A DNA stretch of 64,000 nt, taken from an uncultured Gemmatimonadales bacterium (GTDB lineage: Bacteria > Gemmatimonadota > Gemmatimonadetes > Longimicrobiales > RSA9). Position 1 is the stretch's first letter. Every line of letters starts with the position of its first letter. The translations under genes and the position numbers were made by a program. The notes beneath the pieces were generated by a model. That model did not search any database. It was not told the DNA's origin and saw nothing but the letters and a program-made list of their open reading frames with translations. Positions 48,303 to 60,788 of the stretch are shown one piece after another. Where the stretch lies: NCBI GenBank assembly GCA_963798085.1, contig CAWCRS010000003.1, positions 512,001-576,000 of the forward strand, given 5' to 3'.

Positions 48303-49719
48303 TTATCCAACACTGCCCTCCATTCTCGAGTTCTATCAGCCGGTTCAGCTCGACGGCGTACTCGAGCGGCAGCTGACGCGAGATGGGTTCGATGAAGCCG
48401 CGCACGATCATGGCCGACGCCTCTTCTTCCGAGAGACCACGGCTCATCAGATAGAACAGCTGCTCGGCACCGATCTTCGAGACTGTGGCCTCGTGTCCGA
48501 CACTGGCGCTCTGCTCTTCGATCTCAATGTAGGGGAAGGTGTCGGTCCGGGCCTTCTCGTCGAGCAGCAGCGCATCGCATTCGACTTTCGACTTCGCGTC
48601 GTTCGATCCCTCGTAGATCTTGCACAGACCGCGATACGTGGCGCGCCCGCTGCCGCGCGAAATCGACTTCGAGATGATCTGCGACGTGGTGTGCGGCGCG
48701 GCATGCACCACCTTGCCGCCCGTGTCCAGGTGCTGGCCCGGGCCGGCGTAGGCAATCGACAGGATCTCGCCGTGCGCGCCCTCGCCCACCAGATAGCACG
48801 AGGGATACTTCATGGTCAGCTTGGAGCCGAGATTGCCATCCACCCATTCCATGGTGGCGCCTTCCTGCACGAGCGCGCGCTGCGTCACCAGGTTGTACAT
48901 GTTATGCGACCAGTTCTGAATGGTCACGTAGCGGAAGCGCGCATTGGGCTTGACGATGATCTCGATCACGCCGCTGTGGAACGATTCCGTCGAGTAGGCG
49001 GGCGCGGTGCAACCCTCGATGTACTGCGCCTGCGAACCTTCGTCGCAGATGATCAGGGTGCGCTCGAACTGACCCATCCGCTCCGCATTGACGCGGAAGT
49101 ACGCCTGCAGCGGAATGTCCACCGACACACCCTTGGGGATGTACACGAAGGAGCCGCCGGACCACACCGCCGAGTTGAGCGCCGCGAACTTGTTGTCGGC
49201 GATGGGCACGACCGTCGAGAAATACTCGCGGAACAGGTCCGGATAGAGACGCAGGCCGTCCTCAATGGATTCGAAGATGATGCCCTTCTCGGTCCACTCC
49301 TTCTTGAGCGAGTGGTAGACCATTTCCGACTCGTACTGCGCACCCACGCCAGCCAGCACCTTCCGCTCAGCCTCGGGGATGCCGAGCTTTTCGAAGGTGT
49401 CCTTGATCTCCTGCGGCACATCATCCCAGGAGCGTTCCATGTGCTCCTGCGGCTTGATGTAGTAGTAGATCTCGTCCATCACCGAATCGAGCTGGGACAG
49501 ATCGCCGCCCCAGGAAGGCATGGGCTTGGAGCGATAGACCTCGAGCGCCTTCAGGCGGAACTCGAGCATCCACTCGGGCTCACCCTTGTGCGCGGAGATC
49601 TGACGGACGACCTCTTCGCTCAGGCCTTTCTGTGCCTTGAAGACCGACGTGCCTCCGGTGACGAAGCCGTACTTGTACTCTTCGAGGCCCAGCTCAGCGA
49701 CTGTTTCGTTCTGCGGCAT
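48303..49719 (-). CDS. sufB: Fe-S assembly protein SufB (one extra base near 48323; true end ..LEMEGSVG*)
   Basis: [22 protein letters not shown]. Removing one base restores the conserved EMEGSVG terminus. Confidence 0.95.
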
Positions 49720-49797
49720 GTGCTCCTCCTGTTCCAGGCCTCGGCGCAAACCTGCGCAACAACGCCCGAACGGGAACGGGAAACGGCTTTTCTCTCT

Positions 49798-50565
49798 TCA
49801 GGCGGTTACGGTCTCACGGAACGCTTCGTAGCCGCCTGCCTCCAGCTCGTGCGCGAGCTCGGCGCCACCGGAACGCACAATGCGCCCGCTCACCATCACG
49901 TGCACGCGGTCCGGCGTGATGTAGTTCAGTATGCGCTGGTAATGCGTGATCAGCAGCACAGTCATGTCGGGGCGCTCATTCTTGATGCGATTAATGCCCG
50001 TGGCCACGATCTTCAGCGCATCGATGTCCAGGCCCGAGTCGGTCTCATCCATGATGGCGAGGCGCGGTTCGAGCATGGCCAGCTGCAGGATTTCGTTGCG
50101 CTTCTTCTCGCCGCCGCTGAAGCCGTCGTTCACGGAGCGCTCGGCAAACGAAGGGTCCATGTCGAGCATGCGCATGCGCGCGAGCAACGACTCCTGGAAC
50201 TCGAAAATGTCCAGCTCCTGGCCGGGGATGCGGGCCTGTACCGCGGCGCGCAGGAAATTGGCGATCGAAACGCCCGGGATGTCGACCGGATACTGAAAGG
50301 CGAGGAAGACGCCCTGACGCGCGCGCTCGTCGACTTCCAGCTCCAGCAGATTGCTGTCCCGATACCAGACCTCGCCATCGGTCACTTCGTACGCGGGATG
50401 CCCGGTGAGCACCTTGGCGAGCGTGCTCTTGCCCGAGCCATTCGGCCCCATGATCGCGTGGATCTGGCCGGCCTGGGCTTCAAGGTCGACGCCACGCAGG
50501 ATCTGGGTACCGTCCTCGGCTACAACAGCTTGCAAGTTGTTGATGCTCAGCAGGTTTTCGCTCAT
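49798..50565 (-). CDS. sufC: Fe-S assembly ATPase SufC
   Basis: GPNGSGKST, FSGGEKKR, DETDSGLD, ITHY. Confidence 0.95.
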   Translation of the reverse strand: MSENLLSINNLQAVVAEDGTQILRGVDLEAQAGQIHAIMGPNGSGKSTLAKVLTGHPAYEVTDGEVWYRDSNLLELEVDERARQGVFLAFQYPVDIPGVSIANFLRAAVQARIPGQELDIFEFQESLLARMRMLDMDPSFAERSVNDGFSGGEKKRNEILQLAMLEPRLAIMDETDSGLDIDALKIVATGINRIKNERPDMTVLLITHYQRILNYITPDRVHVMVSGRIVRSGGAELAHELEAGGYEAFRETVTA

Positions 50566-50601
50566 GCCCCGATCCTGTGGCTCGCCGGGGGGTTGGCGAG
50601 T

Positions 50602-50623
50602 CAAGAATGATTCTCCATTTCAA
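50602..50623 (-). promoter_or_regulatory. Fur-box-like operator at the suf transcription start
   Basis: Minus strand TTGAAATGGAGAATCATTCTTG, with a 7-1-7-like core GGAGAAT-C-ATTCTTG. Confidence 0.6.
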
Positions 50624-50626
50624 CTA

Positions 50627-50655
50627 ATGGTACCCGGCCGCCTGAGACGTGTCAA
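50627..50655 (-). promoter_or_regulatory. sigma70 promoter of the suf operon
   Basis: TTGACA-N17-TACCAT. Confidence 0.7.
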
Positions 50656-50856
50656 GCAAGCGTGAACGCGGCGGAACCATGGGGCTGGCGAGGCGGGGAG
50701 CGGACGGGACGAGCGTCGTCGCCTATACCATTCCGTGGCTTTCCGGCGACGGGTGCGAGACGGGCGGGGCGCATGATCCTGCGCTCGCAGGGGATGGGCG
50801 CAGCAAGGCGGGTGGCAGGGTCGGCGGTCACGGACACGCACGGAGAGGGAGGATCC

Positions 50857-52185
50857 ATGGATCGGGGAAACGCCATGCTGAGGATGGGGCGGCTGTGGAG
50901 GGCCGCGCTCCTGCTGGGTTTGGCCTGGGGTTGTGGCGACGAGCCGAAAGTGACGGCGCCGGTCGAGCCGCCGATGTTCAGCGCGGTGCCGGGTGTGGTC
51001 AGCATCTCCAAGTACAACGTACTGCCTCGCCCGGTGCTGAAGACGCTGGGTGGCGTGGACATCTTCAATGGTGGCTACGGCTCGGCGATCGTGTCGGATC
51101 CGAGGTCGCCGGGCACGTTCTATCTGATGACGGATCGCGGGCCGAACTACGACCTGGGGCCTAACAAGGCGTTTCCCATGCCGGACTTCGCGCCGCAGAT
51201 CGGGCAGTTCCAGCTGCGCGACAATCTGCAACTGGTGCGGCGCATCGATTTCCGCCGGCCCGACGGCCACCGCATGAGCGGTCTGCCGAACCCTCCGGGC
51301 GCGGGCGGCACGGGCGAGATACCGGTGGACATCAACGGCCATCCGCTGCCCTACGATGCGCTGGGCGTGGATCCGGAGGGTCTGGCACTGCTGGCGGACG
51401 GGACGTTCTGGGTTTCGGATGAGTACGGCCCGCATCTGATCCACCTGGATTCGAACGGGCAGCAGCTGGAGCGTATCAGCCCGTTCTCTGTGGGCCGCAA
51501 GCTGCCGTCCGTGCTGGCCCTGCGGCGCCCCAACCGGGGCATGGAAGGGCTAGCGGGTTTCCCCGGCGGCCGCATCCTGATGGGCGCGATGCAGTCGCCG
51601 CTGGACAATCCGTCGAGCGCGGGCCGACGCAGCCGGAACAACCGCCTGCTGCTCTTCAACACGGTGACCGGCGCATCGAAGCAGTTCGTCTATCAGACGG
51701 ATGCGGTGGGTCTGTACATCAGCGAGATCACGGCCGTGGACGACAACTCGTACCTGGTGCTGGAGCGCGATGCGAACTTCGTCGGTGCGGGCACGGCCGT
51801 GAAGCGCATCTACAGGATCGAGCTGAGTGGAGCCACGGACGTGAGTGACCCTGCCGATGGGCCGAACGGCAAGCGGTTTGGTGGCTTGACACTCGAGCAG
51901 CTGGATGACGCGGGAATGGCCGCCAACGGCATCGTGCCGGTGAAGAAGACTCTGCTTCTGGACCTGGTGCCGCTCAGCTACCCCCACGACAAGCTGGAAG
52001 GCATTACGGTTGTGGATGACCACACCATCGCGATTTCCGACGATGATGACTTCGGTGTCACGGATGTGGCGGGTGGATTCGTGCAGAAGGTATTGCCGCT
52101 GCCGGGTGTGACCGACTTCGCCGAGGTCTGGGTGATCCGTTTCGACCAGTCGCTGCGGAGCTCCCAGCCCGGTCCAACAGGTTGA
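50857..52185 (+). CDS. esterase-like activity of phytase family lipoprotein
   Basis: Lipobox LAWGC; TDRGPN, DPEGL, SDEYGP, NRGMEGLA, KLEG, DDDFG. Confidence 0.88.
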   Translation: MDRGNAMLRMGRLWRAALLLGLAWGCGDEPKVTAPVEPPMFSAVPGVVSISKYNVLPRPVLKTLGGVDIFNGGYGSAIVSDPRSPGTFYLMTDRGPNYDLGPNKAFPMPDFAPQIGQFQLRDNLQLVRRIDFRRPDGHRMSGLPNPPGAGGTGEIPVDINGHPLPYDALGVDPEGLALLADGTFWVSDEYGPHLIHLDSNGQQLERISPFSVGRKLPSVLALRRPNRGMEGLAGFPGGRILMGAMQSPLDNPSSAGRRSRNNRLLLFNTVTGASKQFVYQTDAVGLYISEITAVDDNSYLVLERDANFVGAGTAVKRIYRIELSGATDVSDPADGPNGKRFGGLTLEQLDDAGMAANGIVPVKKTLLLDLVPLSYPHDKLEGITVVDDHTIAISDDDDFGVTDVAGGFVQKVLPLPGVTDFAEVWVIRFDQSLRSSQPGPTG

Positions 52186-52324
52186 CGCGCAGGGGCGTGC
52201 ACGCGCACGCGTAGACGCCGGCAGCAGGAATCTGAAATCCGGGCGGTGCTCCGCCGGGGCGCCGCCCGAATTCATTGTCCAGTATCCGGTAGCAGGCGAC
52301 GCTGTTGCTGGTTAGAGTCTGACC

Positions 52325-53380
<1,056 letters not shown>

Positions 53381-53390
53381 AGGAGAGTTG

Positions 53391-53414
53391 CTGGGGCTGG
53401 GGCTGGGGCTGGGG
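53391..53414 (+). repeat. (CTGGGG)x4 tandem repeat
   Basis: Four G4 runs at 53393, 53399, 53405 and 53411. Confidence 0.85.
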
Positions 53415-53609
53415 ACACACGGCTTGCTCGGGTTCGCGGTGCAACGACTGGGTTCGTGCAGGGTCGTGGCGCTGCCCGGTTGACAGAGCGTGCCTGTGCC
53501 TTTCTAACCGACCGTTAGAGGAAGTACGTCGCGGACCGCTGCCTGAAGACTTCGTGCGTTTGTAGCCCCCGCCCGAGCCCGGTGTTTGGCAGAAATGTGC
53601 CGGACTCAG

Positions 53610-54218
53610 CTACTCACCGTAGTGGTGACGCACGCGGATTTCCTCGGCGTTCTGCCACCAGAGGAAGCGGATCAATTCGAGCAGCTTCATGGGCCAGCCG
53701 ACCCGGCCGCCGCGGCGGCGCCGGTGGTAAATGCGCAGCTCACCGCGCTCGGTGGCGAGGGTGTGTTGGCGGCGCAGATCAACCACGGCCCGGGCTTCGG
53801 GTGGACCGGAGGTGAAGGTGACATGGCCCGGGGGACGCGCCTCAATGACGCCGTCGACGTCGTCAATGGTGAGCGGCAGCGCGGTGGTGCTGCGTCGGCG
53901 ACCTTCCGCGGGAAAGCCGTACTCGAATTGATAGTTCAGCAGGTCGGCATCGTCTTCCAGCCGCTCCAGCAGTGCTTCGGCGGCGCTGAGCAGCGGCGTA
54001 CGCGAGCGAAGCGTCCACAGCTGCGTCGGTTGACCGCGTGATAGCGAGAAGTTCTCCCACACGCCAAGCGCTGCCGTGAAGCGCGCACCCTCGGGCACGA
54101 CGGGAGACTGGATGAAGCTCAGATCCCGCGGTGGATAACAGATCGTGAGCGAGCCTTCGTCGCCCTCCAGCGTGAAGCAGAAGTCCTTTTTCATTTGCGG
54201 AAATATCGAATCCAGCAC
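53610..54218 (-). CDS. hypothetical protein
   Basis: 202-aa ORF with globular-looking composition; no motif recognised; start uncertain. Confidence 0.55.
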   Translation of the reverse strand: MLDSIFPQMKKDFCFTLEGDEGSLTICYPPRDLSFIQSPVVPEGARFTAALGVWENFSLSRGQPTQLWTLRSRTPLLSAAEALLERLEDDADLLNYQFEYGFPAEGRRRSTTALPLTIDDVDGVIEARPPGHVTFTSGPPEARAVVDLRRQHTLATERGELRIYHRRRRGGRVGWPMKLLELIRFLWWQNAEEIRVRHHYGE

Positions 54219-54634
54219 CCGGTTGCCGGCGGGACGAGCCTGAGGCGGTCGGACCCTGCGCTGCGGGCGGGCTCAACCTATCCCGCAGGGCTGTCAGGCA
54301 ACAACCGTCCTTCAGGGAAGCAGTATCGCGCGCGCGAGGGTGAAACCTGACCAGCGCGCTCCCGGCGCCGGGCCGGTGCCGGGCGGGCGCTGCGCTTCAT
54401 GGGACACCGCGAACGGCCTCGAAGGTGGCGCCTGCCGTTGCTGCGAGGGGCGCATGGGCCTATCGTATCCGGTCCTGTGTGCAGAGTCCTGTCTCGCCCG
54501 CGCCCGCGTCGCTCGCGACGAACCCAGTGGCCCGTCATGGACCGCCACGACCCCCGCACGACGTCCTGCGCAACCTGCGCCTCGCCCTTCCTCGACGGGA
54601 GAGGCTACGAATGCATGATCGGAGGAGACCACCA

Positions 54635-57600
54635 ATGAACCGGAACCGGCGCTGCAGCCTGTTGATGCCTGTGCTCGCCCTGCTCTGCGCCAGCAGCGCA
54701 CAAGCACAGCGGGGTGGCTTCAATGCGAACCAGAATCGCCCACCCGACCCACTTCGCTTCCAGTTCCTGGGGCCCGCGGCCGGCGGTCGTGTCGCGTCCG
54801 TGGTCGGCATTCCCGGAGCACCCGGTACGTACTACGCGGGCGCTGCCTCGGGCGGTGTGTGGAAGTCGACGGATGCGGGCGCCAGCTGGGCGCCCGTCTT
54901 CGATGATCAGCCGGTGCAGGCGATCGGCGCGCTGGCCGTGGCGCAGTCGCAGCCGAGCACCGTCTGGGCAGGCACGGGTGAGGCGTGGGCCATCCGCGAT
55001 GCGGACATGACGGGTGACGGCATTTACAAGTCGACCGAGGACGGTGGAACGACGTGGACCAACATGGGCCTGCGCGAAACCGGCCGGATCGGCCGGATCA
55101 TCGTGCAGCCGACCAACCCGAACATCGTGTTCGTCTGCGCGCTGGGGCGGACAACCGGTCCGCAGCAGGAGCGTGGCGTCTACCGGACGACGGACGGCGG
55201 CCACAACTGGGAGCGCGTGCTGTTCGCGGATGTCAACACGGGCTGCTCGGGTCTGACGATGGACGCGAAGGATCCCAACGTCCTGGTCGCCGGCATGTGG
55301 CAGGTGGTGATGCACACGTGGGCGATGTACAGCGGCGGACCCGTGGAGCGGCATCTGGATGACGCGGGATGGCGGGACCAACTGGGCGAAGGTGCGTGAG
55401 CGCGGGTCTCCCCAAGTCGCCGGTGGGCAAGATCGACGTGGCGATCGCGCCCTCGAATTCGCGGCGCATCTACGCGCTGATCCAGACCGCGGACCAGGGG
55501 TCGCTCTGGCGATCGGACGACGGCGGCAGGCAGTGGAAGGTCGTGAGCTGGGACCGCGCGCTGATCGGCCGCGCCGGCTACTACATCAGGCTGGCGCGTA
55601 TCCAGCGCGAATGCGAACGAGGTGCTGGTGGCGAGCAGCAGCCTCCACAAGTCCACCGATGGCGGGAAGACGTTCACCAGCATGGCGGGTGCGGCGACAG
55701 CCACGACATCTGGATCGACCCGAAGGACCCCGACCACTCTCGGCCTCACGAATGATGGCGGGCTGAGCATGACCACCACGCACGGCCGCAGCTCCACCCG
55801 TGTGGAAATGCCCAACGGCGCAGAATTACCACGTCGCGATGGACAACCGCGTGCCGTACTGGGTCTACTGCAACCGGCAGGACAACGGTACGATGCGGGG
55901 GTCCCGAGCGGCGCCGGAGGTTGCCCGGCAGCGTGCGCGGCGGGGCCTGCCGCCGCGGCACGGCCGCTGTTGCGCGCGGCGGGGTGGGCGATCCGCTGCG
56001 CGGGGCGGCGGCGGTGGCGGCGGCTTCGGTGGCGGGCGGGGCGGCGGCCCGCCATGGGACCACGGACTCGGCGGCTGCGAGTCTGGCTTCACCGTCCCCG
56101 ACCCGGGCAAGCCGGACATCGTCTGGTCCACCTGCTACGGCAACAAGGTCACGCGCTACGACGCTCGCACGGCGGGCGCGGTCGAGTCAGCCCCTGGATC
56201 CACACGCTCGATTCCGCCGCCGAACGACGCGAAGTACCGCTGCCACTGGACCCCGCCGTTCGCCATCGACCCGTTCGACCACAACACGGTGTACTTCGGC
56301 TGCCAGGTCATTTTCAGCACCGCGAATGGCGGGCAGGCATGGACGCGTGATCAGCCCGGACCTCTCGACGCACGATTCCACGCGCATCGTGTCGTCGGGC
56401 GGCATCGTCGGCGACAACCTCGGCCAGTTCTACGGCGAGGTGGTGTTCGCGATCGCGCCGTCGGAACCGCAGCGCGGGCTGATCTGGGCGGGCACCAATG
56501 ACGGGCAGGTCTGGTACACGCGGACCGGCGGCGGGGAGTGGACCAACGTGACGCCGAACATCGGCGGGGATGCCGCCGTGGGGGACCGTCCGCAAGATCG
56601 AGCCGTCGCACTTCGATCCGGCGACCGCCTACGTCGCCGTGGACTTCCACATCATGGACGACCGCGAGCCCTACATCTATAAGACAACGGACTTCGGGCG
56701 GACCTGGACGCGCATCAGCGACGACGCTGCCGTCGACGCATCCGCTCGACTACGTGATGGCGGTGGCGGAGAACCCCAACCGCCGGGGCATGCTCTTCGC
56801 CGGCACCGGGCAACGCCTTCTACTACTCGATCGACGACGGCGCGCACTGGACGCAGTTCAGGGATGGCCTTCCGGCCGCGCCGGTCAGCTGGATCGATCG
56901 TCTCGAAGAACTACCACGACGTGGTCATCTCGACCTACGGCCGCGGGCTCTGGGCCTGCGCGACATCACGGCGCTCGAGCAGGCGGACGAGCGGCGCACG
57001 GCGGGTGCCGGTCTACGTCTTCGCGCCGCCGGACCGGGTTCCGCATGTCGCGGAGCGGCAGCGCCGAATTCCTGTTCGCGCTGAGGGCCTCGCCGGCGGA
57101 TTCGGTGCAGGTGGACATCCTCGACGCCGGCGGCACGGTGGTCCGCACGCATGAAAGCTCACGGCGCCAGGTCCGGCCTGAATCGCGCGACGCTGGGATC
57201 TGCGCTACGACGGCCCGACCCAGGTCGAGCTGCGCACGAATCCGCCGGACAACCCGCACATCTGGGACGAGCCGCGCTTCAGGGGCCAGACGACGCGGCC
57301 GGTGACGCACTGGGGCATCCAGGGCGCAGAGCGCGCCGGGCCGCTGGCCGCGCCGGGCAAGTACACGGTGCGCCTCACCGTCGACGGACGGCCCTACAGC
57401 AGTCCTTCAGATGTCATCAAGGATCCCGTCGATCCCGACGCCGGAGGCGGATCTGGTCGCATCGACACGGAGCCCAGGTCGAGATCCGCGACGACATGAA
57501 TCAGACCGCGGAGATGGTCAATCGCATCGAGATCATGCGTAAGCAGGTCCAGGACCAGCTCAAGGCGCCCAGGAACAAGGCGGACGTCGTGAAGGCGCTG

Positions 57601-57947
57601 CGCGACATCGATCAGAAGATGCTCGGGGTGGAGCTCCAACTCCTGTCACGGTCGGATCTGCACAGCGATGACAAGTGGTTCGTCGAGGCTACAAGGTCTA
57701 CCTCAACCTGGTCTGGCTGAACGGGCAGGTGGGGACCGGCGCAGGCGACGTGGCCGGCGGCGCCGATTACAAACCCACGGACACGCAGACGGGCGTGCTG
57801 CAGGGCATCGAAGTGGACCTGGGCAAGGCGGCCACGGATTTCCAGACGTTCATGACACGGGATCTGCCGGCTTTCAATCGCGCGATGAACGGCAAGATCC
57901 CGGCGATCACGGACAAGCTCACACCGCCGCGGACCACCACGAACTGA
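54635..57947 (+). pseudogene. secreted BNR/VPS10-type beta-propeller (glycosyl hydrolase-like) gene broken by many frameshifts (pseudogene or assembly errors)
   Basis: GGAGG RBS and signal peptide; repeated S/T-x-D-G-G-x-x-W Asp-box motifs spread over many successive frames; coiled C-terminus ending at 57947. Confidence 0.8.
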
Positions 57948-57966
57948 CCGAGCGCTTTGCCGGAAA

Positions 57967-58002
57967 CGAAAACGGGGCGCCCGCGAGGACGTCCCGTTTT
58001 CG
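57967..58002. terminator. bidirectional intrinsic terminator
   Basis: CGAAAACGGG...CCCGTTTTCG stem between convergent genes. Confidence 0.8.
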
Positions 58003-58044
58003 CATCCTGACCCTCGGTCCGCGCCGCGGCCGATCAGACGCGAC

Positions 58045-58587
58045 TCAGGCCGCAGCCTGTGCCGCGGTGGCCACCAGCTCCACCTCGATCGTGATCCTGA
58101 CTTCCTCGCTCACGGCCAGGCCACCTGCTTCCAGCAACTGGTTCCAGGTGAGTCCGAAATCGCGGCGGTCAATGCGTGCCGACGCGGAGAATGCCGAGCG
58201 ATCGTTGCCCCACGGATCGCGGCCCTCGCCCTCAGGCTGAACGTCGAGCACCACTTCCCGGGTGATGCCATGCAGCGTCAGATCACCGATCACGCGGAAG
58301 CCGTGCTTCGCCGGTTCCACGCGCCGGCTCAGGAACGTCATTTTCGGGTACTTCTCCACGTCGAAGAAGTCAGCCGAACGCAGGTGGTTGTCCCGTTGCT
58401 CGACGCCAGTGTCAATGCTGGCCAGGTCGACCGTCACGTCAATGCGGGCGGCGGCGGGGTCGTCGTTCTCGAAGACGACGGAGCCCTCCACGTTGGTGAA
58501 GCGGCCGCGCACGGTGGAGATCATGAGGTGTCGGATGCCGAAGCCGACCTGGCTGTGCGAGGGGTCGATGGACCAGGAGCGAGTCAT
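58045..58587 (-). CDS. YceI family polyisoprenoid-binding protein
   Basis: IDPSHS, RDNHLRSADFFD, GDLTLHG, IDRRDFG. Confidence 0.93.
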   Translation of the reverse strand: MTRSWSIDPSHSQVGFGIRHLMISTVRGRFTNVEGSVVFENDDPAAARIDVTVDLASIDTGVEQRDNHLRSADFFDVEKYPKMTFLSRRVEPAKHGFRVIGDLTLHGITREVVLDVQPEGEGRDPWGNDRSAFSASARIDRRDFGLTWNQLLEAGGLAVSEEVRITIEVELVATAAQAAA

Positions 58588-58700
58588 GGAGCCTCCGTTG
58601 GAGAGTTGATTATCATTTGCGAGTAGCTTATTTTTCGTGTGTTACTTTAAACACGTAGAACGGCCTTGTCAAGAGGCACTCGAAATTGAGGATTGTCCGT

Positions 58701-59055
58701 ATGACCGAACGCGCCACCCTCTGCCCACGATTCCACCTGGCGATCGAGAATGATCGGGCGCCGCTGGACGGGCGCGATCCTGCACACCCTGCTGCAGGGG
58801 AAGACGCGCTACGCGGAGCTTCGGGCCGTGATTCCCGAGATCAGCGACCGCATGCTTTCGGAGCGGCTGCGGGAACTGGAGCATGAGGAAATCGTACTGC
58901 GGATCGTGACGCCCGAAACGCCGGTCCGCGTTGATTATGAGCTGACGGACAAGGGCCGCGCGCTGAACGCCGCGCTCAATGCGGTGGCGTCATGGGCGGA
59001 AGCCTGGCTGCCGGTGCCCGAGCCGGCGCCGGTTCGGAAGCGGCGCAGCGCCTGA
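58701..59055 (+). CDS. HxlR/DUF24 family winged-HTH regulator (one extra base near 58749)
   Basis: MTERATLCPRFHLAIE|MIGRRW..., ISDRMLSERLREL, YELTDKG; conserved N-terminal CP; divergent from yceI. Confidence 0.88.
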
Positions 59056-59143
59056 CCGCTTCCTGTCCGTGCCCGGGCGCCTTGCCGGCGGGTGCCTCTC
59101 CTTACCGACTAGCCGCTCTTCCTGCGCTGGTGCCTCTCCCTTC

Positions 59144-60664
59144 GTGAATACGGATCGCAGGCGACGTTTCCCTGTCCAGTTCCTCGCCTTATTCAGCCTT
59201 CTGGCCGCTGCATGTCCCCAGGGGGACAGGCCGGTACTGGCCACACAGGAGTCCAACCGGCGGGCCCGCGGAGTGGTCGCTGCGGCGCAGTGGGCGCACG
59301 GCGCGAGAATGGCGTGGCTGCGGGAGGGCGCGTGGGTGCTCGAAGCGGAAGGCGAGGCGTACTGGCGGCACCAGTCGCCGGAGGCGGCCGGGCCGTATCC
59401 GGCCATGCCATACCATTCGCGGTTGGTCTTCGACGGCAGCAGCGAGCGTGCCGTGCTGGAGGTGGAAGACGCGTATGCGGGTGGGTTTCGCGAGCACATC
59501 CTGCACGCGCGTTCGGGAACGGGCGGCTTCGATGCGGATCTGCTGCACGGCACGGTGGAAGCGGTTGGACCGGGCAGGCTGGATGATCTGCGGCCTGCCC
59601 TGGAGCGAGCGCCGCATCGTGTGCTGGAGGGCGTGCTGGAGCAGCCGGAAGCGCTGCGCTGGGCAGGGCAGCAGGAGTTCGAGGATCATCGACAGAGCGT
59701 GGTTTCCGGCCTGCTCGGCTCGAGGCGTGTGACCCTGTGGATCGACGCGCAATCCGCGCTGCTGAGCAAGGTGGAGCAGGTAACCGAAGACCCGTTCGAA
59801 GGTGATGTGCTGGAAGAGCGCATCTACTCCGATTATGCAGCGGTCGACAGTGTTTCTCTGCCGCAGCGCTGGCGGGAGCGTATCGCAGGTTCACTGGAAC
59901 TGGATCTGCGCCTGCGGCTGGCGGCTGTGCAGGCGAGCGCGACTGACAGCCTGTTTGTGAGACCGGCAGGTCTGAGACCGTCGGCGCACGACTGGCCCGA
60001 GCGGCTGACGCAGGCGGCACCCGGCGTCTGGTTCTACGAAGGCGCCGCTCCTTCCTGCAACATCCTGTTTGTAGAGCTGGGCGGCAATGTGCTGGTTGTG
60101 GATGCGCCGCCGGGCGCGGCCACGGCCGAGCGGGTGCTGGCGCGTGTGGCGCAAGCGTTACCCGGGCGGCACGTGCGCTGGGTGGCCGTGACCCACCACC
60201 ACGACGATCATGCGGGCGGTCTGCGGCCCTGGGTCGCGAGCGGCGTGACGGTGCTGACCACGCCCGGCAATGTCGCCTTGTTCGAGGGAATGGCGAGGGC
60301 GAGCTTCACACTGGAGCGTGACCGGCTTGCGCGTGAGCCACGACCCATTCGGATCGAGACGGTGGAGCAAAGGCGCACGCTGCAAGGCGGCGGACGCACG
60401 GTCGAGTTGATCGACATCGGGCCTGCACCGCACGCGCAGGAGATGCTGGTGGCATGGCTGCCGGACAGCGGCATCCTGTTTCAGGCGGACCAGATGAACG
60501 CCACCAGCGACGGCGGGTTGCAGGCGGCGAATGAGAGCACGCAGTTCTTCGCGACCTGGTTGAAGGCATCGGGTCTGCCGGTGCGCACGATTCTCGGCGC
60601 ACACTCGCCGGGGCGGACACCTGCGGACCTGGACCGGGCCCTGGCAATGGCTCCTGCGCGCTGA
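59144..60664 (+). CDS. secreted/lipoprotein MBL-fold metallo-hydrolase
   Basis: LAAAC lipobox-like segment; THHHDDHAGG, PHAQEML, FQAD, GAH. Start uncertain. Confidence 0.82.
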   Translation: MNTDRRRRFPVQFLALFSLLAAACPQGDRPVLATQESNRRARGVVAAAQWAHGARMAWLREGAWVLEAEGEAYWRHQSPEAAGPYPAMPYHSRLVFDGSSERAVLEVEDAYAGGFREHILHARSGTGGFDADLLHGTVEAVGPGRLDDLRPALERAPHRVLEGVLEQPEALRWAGQQEFEDHRQSVVSGLLGSRRVTLWIDAQSALLSKVEQVTEDPFEGDVLEERIYSDYAAVDSVSLPQRWRERIAGSLELDLRLRLAAVQASATDSLFVRPAGLRPSAHDWPERLTQAAPGVWFYEGAAPSCNILFVELGGNVLVVDAPPGAATAERVLARVAQALPGRHVRWVAVTHHHDDHAGGLRPWVASGVTVLTTPGNVALFEGMARASFTLERDRLAREPRPIRIETVEQRRTLQGGGRTVELIDIGPAPHAQEMLVAWLPDSGILFQADQMNATSDGGLQAANESTQFFATWLKASGLPVRTILGAHSPGRTPADLDRALAMAPAR

Positions 60665-60788
60665 GGTCCTGGTGGCGGGGACGGATCCCGGTGCGCGCGG
60701 GGCTCGTAAGGGTATCAGCATCGGGTCGCCGCCCCGCGCGGTTACTGTTGGGGGACCGGGCGGCAACAAGCAGGACGGCCCCGATGCC

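Noticed and set aside
54340..54618. Cys-containing 92-aa ORF (possible RiPP precursor)
   Set aside because: Low-complexity GC-driven composition, no modifying enzymes nearby, and adjacent to an error-rich region.
55960..56050. GGCGGC-rich repeat-like tract
   Set aside because: Encodes a Gly/Arg-rich linker within the BNR protein; not a CRISPR array or mobile repeat.
58605..58655. AT-rich stretch between yceI and the HxlR-family gene as a defined operator
   Set aside because: Probably regulatory, but I could not define a clean palindrome.
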